This document shows positions 40,990 through 54,769 of a stretch of 64,000 nt of DNA, one piece after another. The position numbers and the translations under genes are program-made. Under the pieces are notes generated by a model. It worked only from the letters and a program-made list of their open reading frames with translations. It was not told the DNA's origin and ran no database searches. Source of the stretch: Eledone cirrhosa (Eukaryota); NCBI GenBank assembly GCA_964016885.1, contig OZ024740.1, positions 212,474,001-212,538,000 of the forward strand, in the 5' to 3' direction. Position 1 is the stretch's first letter. Every line of letters begins with the position of its first letter.

Positions 40990-41952
40990 TGGAGAAAAAC
41001 AACCTACACAAATACGTGACTGATAGTAAGGAGCCAATGCTCAGAACTGTACTGAAGGAGGGGACAATAGGACAGGGGATGTCCAAGGAGGAAATAACAT
41101 CAAGGAGAAAGAGCAGCCTTCAGGAAAAATCCCTTCATAGTACCTTCTTTGAGAAAACTAAATTTAGAGATCCACAGACATGGAACTGGTTGAAAAGAGG
41201 AGACCTTAAAAAGGCTACAGAAGGAATGTTAATGGCTGCGCAGGAGCAGGCCCTCAAAACGAAGTGGTTGAAACACCACATTTACAAGGAGGAGGCTAGC
41301 CCACTGTGCAGGATCTGTGGAGAGAGAGAGGAGACATGGCTCACATTGTATCCGAGTGTAAACACCTAGCCCAGACTCACTATAAAGGCTGGAGACATGA
41401 TGTGATGGGCAGGGTGATCCACTGGCACCTATGCAAAGTAAACAATTTACCACATTCTGAGAAGTGGTATGAGCATAAGCCAGAGGCGGTGATAGAAAAC
41501 GATCAGGTGAAGGTGCTGTGGGATTTTAGGATACAGACGGACAAGAAACTGGAACACAATAGACCTGACCTGGTGGTTTTGGACAAAGAAAAAATTTCGT
41601 GCCTGATTGTGGATGTGGCCTGCCCATTCGACACGGGAGTGCAAGAGAAGGAGAGGGAGAAAATTAACCGATACCAGGACTTAAAGTGGGAGGTAAAAAG
41701 GATTTGGAACTGCCATGAAGTCAGGGTGATCCCGATTGTCATAGGCGCACTAGGGACTATCTCAAAAAGTTTCCAGGGGTGGTTAAAGAAAATTGGCCCC
41801 TTCACGCTTTTTGGAACGTTCCAAAAGGCATGATTGCTGGGAACAGCAAGAACCCTCCGATACGTCCTGAATATCTGAGGCTGCAGGTAGTGGCTTGATA
41901 TTCATTTCAACAAACTTTCCAGTTAACTAACATCAATGACTGAAACTCAAAA

Positions 41953-41955
<3 letters not shown>
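40989..41955 (+). mobile_element. Second, 5'-truncated copy of the same R4/Dong element, in the (TAA)n tail of the first
   Basis: Closely matches 39961-40925, with (TAA)n on both sides. Confidence 0.92.
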
Positions 41956-42003
<48 letters not shown>

Positions 42004-42651
42004 TAATAATAATTGCACCTGTCATATTTAATAGACTTGTTATTGAAATAGTGAAGCTAAATCTAACCAATGAGAAAGGGGTTAATTCTTTTCTTATAGC
42101 TTAACAGTTTATTCAGCTATAAGAAAAGAATGTGAAAAGCATCTGGTCATTATATTTCACTAGTATTTTATTCACCAAAAGTGTTCTTTTGAAATGGAAT
42201 CAGCAGGAGGGCACTTTCACAAGCCACCTTCTAAAACACTCCTTACACACCCATCAGTATTACCTCTAGGGAACAAATCTGACCATCACAACCACCTCCC
42301 TCACTCCCAACACCACTCTCAATCAATTATGTTATTTTTACCATTGACTATTTTCTTTCACCTTTTCTGTATATATATATGCTTTAATTCTTTTAAATCT
42401 TCATCAAAACTCCTTCACTCCCACCCTCATTAACCCCCCCACCCCCCAGGAAAGTTAACAACAAATCTTTAAAAAAAACTCCCCACCGAAGTTAACAAAG
42501 ATCTTACTGGATCTACAAACAAAATTGTAAAATTATAATATTATAAAATTAAATTGTTTAGAACTACAAATGAAGTCATTCTTTTTCTTTTTTCAAATAT
42601 ACCTAAATGTACCAAGGATTTCACACAATTTCAATATATATGTATATATAT

Positions 42652-43037
42652 GGAGGCACATGGCCTAGTGGTTAGAGCATTGGCCTTGCAATCAAATGGT
42701 TGTGAGTTCAATTCTCAGACCGGGTGATGTGTTGTTTCCTTGAGCAAGACACTTTATTTCACATTGCTCCAGTTTACTCAGCTGTAGAAATGAGATGATA
42801 GGGATTAGGGTCCCTATCATTCCACTGTAAAGTGGACGTGTAGGCGCCACAGCAAAAAAGCACCTAGCACTTACTGTAAAGTGGTCGTGGAGGTGCCACG
42901 GCAAAAAAACACCCAGCACTCACTGTAAATGAGGTTGGTGTTAGGAAGGGCATCCAGCTGTAGAAATCAAGCCAGAATCAGTTCCCGTCCCACCCTTGCA
43001 AGCAGGGAAAAGTGGACGTAAAATGATGATGATGATG
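42652..43037 (+). mobile_element. tRNA-derived SINE with internal tandem units and (TGA)n tail
   Basis: TGGCCTAGTGG A box, GAGTTCAATTC B box, TCCTTGAGCAAGACACTT core, AGGAAGGGCATCCAGC 3' part. Confidence 0.8.
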
Positions 43038-43049
43038 ATATATATATAT

Positions 43050-43300
43050 ACAATACATTAATAAATGGAAACTATATTTATAAAACCATATTTATTTTAT
43101 TATACACATTTCAAGGGCAACCAAGGCAAATTATGATGCACTTTCATCAGATAAAATACAGAATTTTTTTATAAATAAATATTGACATACCCGGAAAAAA
43201 GACAACCTTAACGATTGGAGCTTCTTAATATGTTGAGTGCTTTATATCAGTTATAAAAATGTTTAAGCTTGTTGAATCCCAACAAATTAAATATAACCTC
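43050..43300. mobile_element. Copy of the 2089-2586 family with HHR at 43093-43158 (-) and inverted terminus
   Basis: Direct match to 2178-2352. 43228-43300 is the inverse of 2090-2160. Confidence 0.85.
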
Positions 43301-43683
43301 TATATATATATATATATATATATATACCTCTCCAAGACAATGTCACTGGACCGAGATCTTTGGCGCTACACAGTAATACAGAAGACCCGCCTTACCTAAG
43401 TACAAAGTGAAACCTGCTACAGTCAGTAGGCACCTCTAACAAAATACACCCCTGTCCCACTACCCCCACCCCATCCACACCACCCCTTTCAATGTAAAGT
43501 TATGTTAGTACCACAACATCCAGTCCGAAACAAATGAGGTTGTGTAGGTGTCATGACAAAAAAAACACAGTCCATGCTGTAATGTGGCCGTGTGGGTAAC
43601 ATGGTAAAAACCTCCCAGTCCACTTCAACATTTACATTACTCTCTATGTATACTATTATATTTTTATAGCAAAGGTTTTACTT

Positions 43684-43843
43684 CACATAATTATCTCACA
43701 TAATATCGAATCTACGAGATTTTGATATTATTTATTTTGAGAACAATACCTTAACACCCGTATGAGGGGCCGGTTACAGTTGATTTCAACTGAAAAGGGA
43801 GAGAGAATTCTGGCCGGATATGGCCGATTTAAATGCTAAAGGG
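43684..43843 (-). mobile_element. piggyBac-like MITE end; same family at 60347-60505 (+)
   Basis: TTAA|CCCTTTAGCATTTAAA..GGCCATATCC.GCCAGAATTCTCTC shared by both loci. Confidence 0.55.
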
Positions 43844-43989
43844 TTAAACAGAGGGAAAATCTAAAACAAGAAAAGAAAACTGAACAAAGATAATTTATGT
43901 TACCATGGAAAGTTGTTGTGGGTTAATAGGATGATGATGTCTCAATACACTTTTATACAAATCTTTTTCTAAACATATATACATATCAA

Positions 43990-44925
43990 TTATGTTGGTT
44001 TCTTCCCAGTTTCATAACATACATAACCTAATTTAAACCAACCTGATTTATAAAGTTGAAGCTGTGTTTTGGGTTTTTCTTTGTCAACATACATTCCATA
44101 TATGATTTGCTGATCTGTACTTATAACTTTCAGGGACAAAGCTTTCTTAACAAAGTTCAAATACTCTTGTGTAAATTTGTACAAAACATCATATTTGCCA
44201 AGGTTAGAAGCACCACCCACCCATACCATATTGTGATAAACAATGTCTTTATGGGTTACATCCTTCTTAAAGTTATATACATAGCTATAGGCAACCTTGT
44301 TATCATCAAAATCTTTAGGAACTGACAATTTAAACCTAGAATTATCATGGAGTGATCTGAAAAGTCCAATATCTAACCACATAAAGTATTTAGTGTGAAA
44401 ATAGTTCTTTCTTATAATTTGGTTAAGTAACTCAAATTTTGCATGCATGGCACAAGAGTAATCTGGCAGAATTGTATTGGGAAGATGTTTTGGGTAACCA
44501 GGCTGACTAAATATATCAGAAATATTTTTTTTTATCTGAAATGACCACAATTCTTTCTTATCTATCAGAAATAACTTGGTTTGTTCTTTGGAAAATCTGC
44601 TCCTCATCTTTTGAAATGATTTATATGTAGTTTCATCATCAGTATAAACAATTAAATTATTAGTGATGTTAGCAAATACAGACATCCATTTGTAATATGT
44701 GCTGGGTTTACGTGAATTTCCAGGACTTCCTTTTGAGAAGTGTCCTATATTGAAATATGCAGTCAATATTGTGATTTCATTGGAAAGGTTCATGGTATTT
44801 TTTGGAAGATCTTTTTCAAAAGGGAGAATGTTTTCTTTGATTGAAGATATTTCTAAAGATATTTTCGTAACATTTGGTGTTATGATTGCTATATTCAAGT
44901 TATCTACTACTTTCGTCTGATGATC
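43990..44925 (-). CDS. HtrL/WlaTC-family glycosyltransferase-like protein, last coding exon (catalytic domain)
   Basis: 936-nt open exon after a TTTTACAG acceptor, phase 0. Motifs ITILTAYFNIG, NLIVYTD, HAKFELL..NYFHTKYFMWLDIG, VGG, STDQ. Family assigned from motif recall. Confidence 0.8.
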   Translation of the reverse strand, partial: DHQTKVVDNLNIAIITPNVTKISLEISSIKENILPFEKDLPKNTMNLSNEITILTAYFNIGHFSKGSPGNSRKPSTYYKWMSVFANITNNLIVYTDDETTYKSFQKMRSRFSKEQTKLFLIDKKELWSFQIKKNISDIFSQPGYPKHLPNTILPDYSCAMHAKFELLNQIIRKNYFHTKYFMWLDIGLFRSLHDNSRFKLSVPKDFDDNKVAYSYVYNFKKDVTHKDIVYHNMVWVGGASNLGKYDVLYKFTQEYLNFVKKALSLKVISTDQQIIYGMYVDKEKPKTQLQLYKSGWFKLGYVCYETGKKPT

Positions 44926-45670
44926 CTGTAAAATACATTATATAGCAAATTACATTAAGAGATGGTATAATAGAAAAATAATACAAAATAGATTATATTT
45001 TATATGTTGTATTCCTTACTATAGGAATAACAAAATATATTTATAAAACAAAGAAATGACTAGTGAAAAAATCATGGCCAAAATTATTTATAAACCAAAG
45101 AAATGTTTACAAAAAATTATGAAAAAGTGTGAATTATTGGAGCTAAATGTAACCAAGAAATCTATGTAACAAATATATCTGGCCTTTATCAAAATCTGTT
45201 ACATGATCAAATAGAGAAAACTAAATTTTTTAAATAATTACACTGAAATTAAAGAAATCTTTCAATAAGCACGAAACATTATCATCTCTGTGTAATGACA
45301 ATATCAAAAATAATCAAGTGACTTTCTCATGATTTGGATCAAGGTATGAGGTGGGCTGAAAAGTTCATAGGCTGACTATGAAGAAGTAATGCTTCTTCAA
45401 TTGCATTACTTGAAGGTCATGACACAGGATCTAGATCTCTGGTGTTATGCAGTAATACAGAAACCCAACTTTACACGACTTGAAGCATGCATCCTGTACA
45501 CACTACCTTCACCCTACCCCCTCCTCTTACATTCACCGCCATGTCCTAACATGCTTCTCTCCATCAAAGTTCCTCCCATCTCCTAACACCCTGTCTATGC
45601 CAGTACACTCTTCCCCCTCACACATGCCCCTATATCTACCTCTCCAATCTCCATTCCTCCCACCCAAGTC

Positions 45671-46030
45671 CTGTAAAGTGGTTGTATGGGTGTCATGACA
45701 AAAAGCACCCAGTCCACACTGTAAGTGGTCATGTAAGTGTCACAACAAACAGCACCCAGTCCACACTGTAAAGTGGTCATGTAAGTGTCACAACAAAAAG
45801 CACCCAGTCCACACTGTAAAGTGGTCATGTAAGTGTCACAACAAAATGCACCCAGTCCACACTCTAAAGTGATTGTGTAAATGTGATGACAAAAAGCACC
45901 CAGTCCACACTGTAAAGTGGTCTTGTAGGTGTCACAACAAAAAGCACCCAGCCCACACTATAAAGTCGTCATGTAAGTGTCATGACAAAAAGCACCCAGT
46001 CCACACTGTAAAGTGGTCATGTAGGTGTCA
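45671..46030. repeat. 48-bp minisatellite, about 7.5 copies, related to the internal unit of the 42652 SINE
   Basis: CAAAAAGCACCCAGTCCACACTGTAAAGTGGTCATGTAAGTGTCACAA repeated. Confidence 0.9.
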
Positions 46031-46587
46031 CTAACTCTCCAGATCACTGCAAGAAAAAAACCTAGACATAAAGCTTTTGTGTGGTTTGCGCCACAGAATT
46101 TTGCCAGCTGTGTAACTGGGAAAAGTGAAATATACTCTTGCAAGTGACTTCAGAGAAACACTCCTTAAATACCTACTTCGACATCTTTGTTTACTGTTCT
46201 CGTGAAGCAAAATTCATTCTGAAAAATGTATTTTTTTCAATTTTCAACGTTAACTTTGCACTACACAAATTGCCCCCATTTGGGATTTTTTTAATAGTTA
46301 TCTCCCTTTAAATTATTTAAAGGATGTGTCTATTTATAGATTACCTGCCCTAAGAAACCTCTCCTGTGTTTTCTATAAAACCTCCAAAAATTTGGGGGTA
46401 GCCATCTTCGTTTATATAATAAGCTTTATTTATAGTACCTTTATATCTTGTTGTAATTAATTATACTTAACTCATCCTATTGACTGAGTGCTCTTACCCT
46501 TGGGTATTTCTACCAATCTCGTACTACAGTATGTATATGCATATATATATATATGTATATATATTTATCTACATATATATCTATATA

Positions 46588-46644
<57 letters not shown>

Positions 46645-46867
46645 CTCTACGATGGACACATGTGCTGAGCTCGCTCGGTAAGTTTTTGTTTAAATTCATA
46701 CGGAAATTGTAAACTGTAAACTTTCATTTTTGTACCATTTTGTAGAGGGACTGCCAGGTCAAATTTTGATCTGGTCGGTCTCTCAAAATATTCTGCGCCT
46801 TTGGGCGAAATAGTATTGTGAACATTTTATCTTTCGAAAAACTTCGAAAAACCCTATTTTGAGAAAA

Positions 46868-47044
46868 ATGGCTGAAGCATCCTCACCATCAATCAAAGAA
46901 GGAAAGGGGAAGTCATACTCACAGCTTCCCCCTGCCACTGTCACAGCAGCAGATGCCAAAGACAGAGGTCAGAGAGAGGAAGAATTGTCTTCACCTGTTG
47001 ACCGACCACTAGATGTAGCCACAACTACACAAGAATTTGAAAGC

Positions 47045-47075
<31 letters not shown>

Positions 47076-48718
47076 GCAACAATAAAGACAACAAAAACAA
47101 CAACAACACAAACGTCACAAGTATCCACACACGAAACGAGAAAGACAACAACAACAACAAAGATGAAAACAACTCAAACGACGAGAAACAAAACAATACT
47201 AATATCCAAAACGAAAACAAAATATCTTTTGCACAAACGGCTAAATTATCAGTCGCTTATGTGCTGGAAGATATTTCAAAAGCAAAAGAAATGCTGGAAA
47301 AAGCCAAGAAATATGTGTCTTTTGGCGAAAACGGTTCGTTTTCTATACATTCACCTCCGGAGCTAAAAAGACAGACGGAATTACGAACTGTCGTATTCCG
47401 AACAATTTTAAATAAAACAAAGAAACCAGCGCAACCATCTCAAGCGGAAATCCAGTTAGTCTTGAAAGACGCGATGAGAGACATCACTTTCATACAAAAG
47501 GATAAACTCTATGGGAGTTTATCCATATTGATGAAAGACGAATTGGCGGCAAAAAAATACTCTGTGTCGCCAATTCGGTCCACACACTACACCTTCTTCC
47601 CCACCTACATGGGTAAAAAAACCCAGAGGATATGGATAACCACCATCACCCCAAACATAAACTACTGGTGGTTACTAACCGGTTTCCTCAATTTAGACGA
47701 GGACAACCTCATCTCAATAGGGAAGGCATCCGGCGACGCGTTCAGTGGAACGAGCCTCGAAGTTCTGACCCAAATAAGGCCAGAACGCATCGCCCAAATC
47801 CCTGAGCGCGTCATGCTGGATGACCGTACCCACCTCAACATTATTGTGGAGGGTAGGCGTCCCTCCTGTTACCTCTGTGGCAATAGAGGTCACCTGAGGG
47901 CTGCCTGTCCCCAGCTCACACAGAAAAAAACACTGCTACCAACACCAACACCACCCCAACTACAACAACAAAAACAACCGCAACAACAACAAAAACCAAC
48001 AACCCCACCACCACCACCACAACAACAACAACAACAAACACGTGAAAAAATAACACAAAATACTGTCCCACCCAATCCCTCCCCACCCATAACAAATACA
48101 AAAACACGCACACCGCAAACACTACCAGAAAACATACCCCTCCCACCCAACAAGGAAGACGAACCTCTTTCGTCGCAAGACGAAAAAGATCCCTTCCAAC
48201 AAGTAAAAAGAAAGAAGAGGAGACGCACCACAGACACACATGTTAACTTTAATCCCCCCCAAGAGAACACAAACTACACACAAACCACCCCTCCCTGTCA
48301 CACAACACTAACTGCTACACAAAAAAAGACATTACAATACACATACATGAACACAGACAACAAAGAATTACGGAAAACAATTTCAGCAAACCCTTCGGTC
48401 CAAACCGAAGGGCCAAACTTTATAACTGCTGTGGGACTACCTCATTTGAAAATGATAAAAGTCCCAATGCACTTGTACAAAACACTGAAAATAAATTTCA
48501 CGGAGGACGTGGGCCCCCCCTGCGCCAAACTAATCAACCGCGTCCTCCTAAAAAATTTCACCCCCCCACCTCACCCAGACACCCACTCAACGACAAACAC
48601 CCCAACCCCACAACACACCGATGCCCCTTCACTTCCACAAACCACAACCCCACCCAACAACCCATCCCCAACCAGCATGGAAATTGAGCGGCCCGTTTCC
48701 CGGGACGCAGAGAGGTAA
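46868..48718 (+). CDS. Tx1/L1 ORF1 protein (CCHC zinc knuckle)
   Basis: Open frame of about 616 aa from ATG 46868, containing IIVEGRRPSCYLCGNRGHLRAACP. Confidence 0.88.
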
Positions 48719-48742
48719 GTGCCTTTTCTCTTTACCACCAAC

Positions 48743-51700
48743 ATGGCTGTGCTAAGAGTAGGGTGTCTAAATGCGCGTGGCCTGGGCTCGTCTTGGAAGC
48801 AAGCAATGCTTCTAAATGACCTCAGGTCACAATCTATAAATGTGATGGTTATCTGCGAGGCCCGGATCAGCAGCATGCGACAGCTAGCCCCCACCTTTGA
48901 CGACTTTGAGATGCACGCATCTCTCTGTCAGCCCGGAGGTGGGGGTGGGGTTGTCGTTCTGCTGCAAAAACATATGGGCCTTGCAACACAGATAGTTCAT
49001 TTGGACCCAGGGGGTCGACTGGTGGTGCTGGACCTTGGCAGTGGTGAAGGTAGAGCCTTTAGGCTGATAGCCGCATATGCCCCTTTTGGGACAGAGCGGC
49101 CCGACTTTTTCCAGCGTCTGGAGTCTTTTCTAGGGACGTCCCGTTCCCTGCTTTTAGTGGGGGATTGGAATGGTATCCTGGATGCACGTTGGGACTATGC
49201 AGGGGCATGTCCCGATAGAGAGGGGTGCAACAGCCTCAAGGGGTTACTCGGCCGATTTGACCTGGCCGATAGATTTCGACTAGATTTTCCGACGGTGCCA
49301 ACCTGGTCTTGGTCAAATCGCAGCGGATCATCTAGATCGTACCTAGATAGATTTTTAGTTAGAAATAAGGACAGGGACTTTTTAAGTTGTCCAGAAATGC
49401 TCATGGTTGGCTATTCAGACCACAAGTTGGTGACCTGCATGGTCAACCTTGATAGAACGCATAGACAGGGCCCCGGTTACTGGAAGCTCAACTTGTCCTT
49501 GCCGGAAAGTAGAGCCTACAGGAATCGGATTAGTACGTTAGTTAAGGAACGGTTGACTGGAGCGATCGTCAACAGCAGGTGGTGGGTATCTCTAAAGAGA
49601 GAGATTAGAGTAGTCTCGATTGAATTTAGTAAGGTTCTAGCTGCGGATAGGAATAGGAAGGAAAGGGAGCTAATAGATAGAGTAGAAGAGGCAATTAGAA
49701 GCGGCGACGTGGCCAGAGTGCTAGCGTCGAGAACGGCTTTGAGCCAGTTTTTCGACGCGAAGCACGAAGGCTGCGTTGTCCGAAGTAAAATACGTGCTCT
49801 AGGGAACGAGGGGGCCAAACTGTTAGCTGGGCCCGCGTGACAGAGGCCAACAGTGGAACTAAATCCACCATCCGGTCTTTGCGAGACCTGGATGGACGGG
49901 CGATTCTTGAGCCTAAGCAGATGTGTGAGGCCTTTCAAAGGCACTTTGCCCGACTGTTCGGGAGGGGCGGGGAGCCGGTTGGAAACGTGGACTTCGGTCC
50001 ATACCTCGACGGCCTGCCGCGCCTCTCGGACAGGGAGGCGAAGTCTTGCGAGGAGCCGATTTCGGCCGCTGAGATAGAGGACGTGCTGGGCCAATGCGGC
50101 AAACGCAAATCCCCGGGTCTCGATGGTCTTCCTTACGAATTATATCTAGCTATGCCGGACTTGTTCCCCGATCTCCTCGAGGCGGTCTACTGCAACTGGC
50201 AACAGAACGGGAGAATTCCCTGTACTGTGACCAAGGGCGTAGTCACGCTAGTGAGGAAGGACGAGAACAAGGGGGACGAAATAAGTAACTTCAGGCCCAT
50301 AACTCTGCTAAATACAGAGTTACAGATTTTGGCCAAGGTGCTAGCAAAGAGGTTGGCGCTTGTCGTGGGCAACCTGGTGGGAGATGCGCAGACATGCGCT
50401 ATCCCGTCCAGGTCCATCCATGACAACCTCCACCTCATGCGATACATCATAGAGAGGGTTGGGAACGAACCCGGCTTTGGTGGGGCTCTGATTAACTTGG
50501 ATCAATCTAAGGCGTTCGATAGGGTCGACCATGGTTACCTGGATGCGGTGCTAGCGGCGGCAGGCTTCGGACCCGTTTTCAGGGGCTGGATCACTGCTAT
50601 GCACAGCAGCCGCATCTGCTCTAGGGTCAAGGTGAACGGCTACCTCTCGGAGCCGTTCAAAATCGCGCGGTCCATCCGACAAGGGTGCCCTCTCTCCTCC
50701 CTTCTGTATGTGTTGACTCTCGAGCCACTACTGCGGAAGTTGGAGTTGTTGCAGGGCATCCCTTTGGAACCGGGATTGCGGAAAGCGGTGTCAGCCTACG
50801 CCGATGATGTGACAGTAATGGTGTCGACGGCCTCCGAAATCGAGGCGGTCGGCACCTTACTGGAGGAGTACGAAAAGTTCACAGGGGCTAAGCTGAACCG
50901 GGACAAGTCGATCGGTTTGCAACTCGGCACGTGGAGGGGCAGACCGATGCCCTCTGATGGCGTCGTCGGACGCTGGACGGAGGGCCCGGTGAAGTTGCTC
51001 GGGGTCTGGTTCGGACCGGACCTCCAGGTGGAGAAAAACTGGGCGGAGGTTACGAACAGGGTGTTTGCACTGACCCAGAAGTGGGCCAGTTGCAAACTAT
51101 CCCTGAAAGGTCGGGCGGAGGTGGCGAACACTTATATAGCGTCCGTCATCTACTACCGCCTGACCGTAGTGCCCTGCCCAAGGGAAACCCTCACCAAGAT
51201 GGAGCGCGCGCTCTTCCAATTCCTTTGGAAGGGGCGGGCTCCTATGGTGAGGAGATCCATCTGCTGTCAACACCCTTCGAAAGGAGGGCTGGGGATGCCG
51301 TGGCTAATGATGCGTAAACACGCATTAAGGCTACGGCACCTCTACGTATTCCTCACCGGACAACCGGTGTGGGCCCCGTTTGTGAGACGAACCTTTCCCA
51401 GACTCGTCTCACTCACCGAACTGCAATCCTGGGTCAAGCAGAGACCGAGAAAACTGGGCGCCTGGCACACTGAGTGTGCCCAGGCGCTCACCGCCCTCTG
51501 GCAGGCGGATCCGGTTATCAGTGGAGACTCCACCGCAACATTCTATAGAGGGCTGGTACGCAGCAGGTGCGACGACGCCCTCGGAGAAGCCCTAGACATG
51601 GAGGAGGACGAACTGGTCAGCCTGTTCGGTAGGACATTCAGCCCGGGACCTATGGACAACTTCCAGAAGTCCCTGGCCTGGCAGTGCTACCGAGGGGCTT

Positions 51701-52179
51701 TACCCGTTCGAGAAAGGCTCTACAGACACGGGCGCCCGGGTAGGGACCCCGCCAAAAAGATCTGTCCCAGATGCGTGTGCGACGAGGAAACCGTTGCACA
51801 CGCATTGGTACACTGCTCGGGCGTAGCCGATCTGTGGGGCTATGTCGAACAACTGCTGTCAAGGGTGGGACCGATCCGGTTGACCACCGAGTCTATTGTA
51901 ATGATCAAGCCGCCTCCCCCCTTCAAAGATGAAGCAGAGGCGGTGTTTCTGTGCGTAATAGCCATGGCGAAAGAGGTTGTATGGTGGACGCGTCTGAAAG
52001 GACTGAGGTCGGGCGCCTTTCTCTCTGGCCAACAACTGGTCCGTTTCTTCCGATATCATTTCGGAAGAAGGATCAGGATGGAGAGAGAGGTGCTGCACCC
52101 CAGTCGTTTTTATGAAAGGTGGGTGAAAGTGGCGAGAATGGCCCGTGTGAATGGGCCTTCTCTTTACATAAGCCTGTAG
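48743..52179 (+). pseudogene. Tx1/L1 ORF2 (APE endonuclease, RT, zf-RVT) with a single 1-bp frameshift near 49820
   Basis: LNARGL, GDWN, YLDRF, SDH, SPGLDG, FRPITLLN, DQSKAFD, RQGCPLS, YADD, CPRC..ETVAHALVHC. The sister copy reads AAAGCTGTT where this one reads AAACTGTT. Confidence 0.92.
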
Positions 52180-52442
52180 GTGGAAAAGAGGAAGGAACGA
52201 GGGAGCACCCCCTCTCTGTGCTCCTGAGGAAAAGGGTTGCACACTTTTTTCGGGGGTGTGTGCGACCCCCCAAGGCGCCTCCTCTCTATTGAGGATTTTG
52301 TTAAAAATTTTATTTTTTGTTATATCTCATTTTATTTTTATATTTTGTTATTGCCTCCTCCTTATTGAGGACGCCTTTTTGTGTAAACTCCCCCCTTTGT
52401 ACTTGTCCCACTTTTGATGCCCTAGTGGCAAATAAAAGAAAC

Positions 52443-52560
<118 letters not shown>

Positions 52561-52621
52561 GTACTAGGACTGGTGCTCTGAAATAGCGATGTATACATGA
52601 ATGTATGTATAGTATATTTGG

Positions 52622-53595
<974 letters not shown>

Positions 53596-53661
53596 TTATA
53601 TATATATATATATATTTCAAAATATAGCAACAATATGTTAAGAAATTTAAGAAATTCTTAC

Positions 53662-53723
53662 ATGGGGTTCTATAAGTTTAAACTTAATCTTTTCTAAAAT
53701 TTCCTGGTCTGTAAATGGAATCC
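53662..53723 (-). CDS. HtrL/WlaTC-like gene, 62-nt middle exon (stem region)
   Basis: TTGCAG acceptor, GTAAGA donor. Phase 1 in and phase 0 out, linking the flanking exons: RIPFTDQEILEKIKFKLIEPH. Confidence 0.7.
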
Positions 53724-54769
53724 CTGCAATAATATAAAAACATTATTGAAATACAATACATAATTTTGATATATTTAAATATTAAATATTTCAATAAAAA
53801 TGAGATCTACATTAAAATTACACATAATTTTCACATCAGTTTCTCTCTAACTGGTTTGTCTTTGTAAAGTAAAGTACTATTGAGTAGAACTAGCATGAAT
53901 AATGGTGTTTGGAATTATTTCTGGGCAAGAATGTCAAAGTAAACTGTAGAAGATTCCATCCTGATATAATTACTGGTAAAGAACGTTGTTATGTCATATT
54001 CAGTTAAACTTAACTGAATACCATATATAAATAACTAATTCTAACTTTAACTTGATAAACTCTAAACAAAAATAATATCTAAACAATAGTTCCAGTACAA
54101 ATAATAACAGAAACATATCTATGGCTTAATGGACATTTTATAACACTCACCTTCTTTCGACAGTTATAACACCATATTTTATAAATATTGTTATTCATTC
54201 ATTGAAAGGATTGATGCAACCTTTAGTTTGCTGAAACTTTTATAGTTTTCATTAGAAAAATGTCAGTGTTTATGTCTCATCCCCTAGAACTACATACAAG
54301 TATAACATATCTTTGATTGAAGGCAATTTTTGTGTCAATGTTTGTGTTTGCCTTATCTTTCCTGGTCTTGCATTATTGTCCTAATCAGCTTTCTGACACA
54401 AACCTCAAATATTTTTCTGTATTAGACGTTTTCCATGATCTAGATTCTAAATATATACAATATGTTTTTGGTTTAGTTTTAATTTTATAGTAGACATATA
54501 TATAGTGAGTGGTGGCAGTATTGGTAGAGTGTCGGAGAACATGCTTTGTGTTAGTATAGTTACGTCTCTTTACGTTCTGAGTTCAAATCCTGCCAAGGTT
54601 AGCTTTGTTTTGCCTTTCAACTCTATGGGGTTGATAAAATAAAGGTCCAGTATCACACTAGGGTTGATTTAATCAACTTTCTACTCCCACAAAATGTTTG
54701 ACCTGGTATCTGAATTAGAAACCATTTTATAGGAGACAGAAGTTTTAACATCCAACTCACAGAAATATA

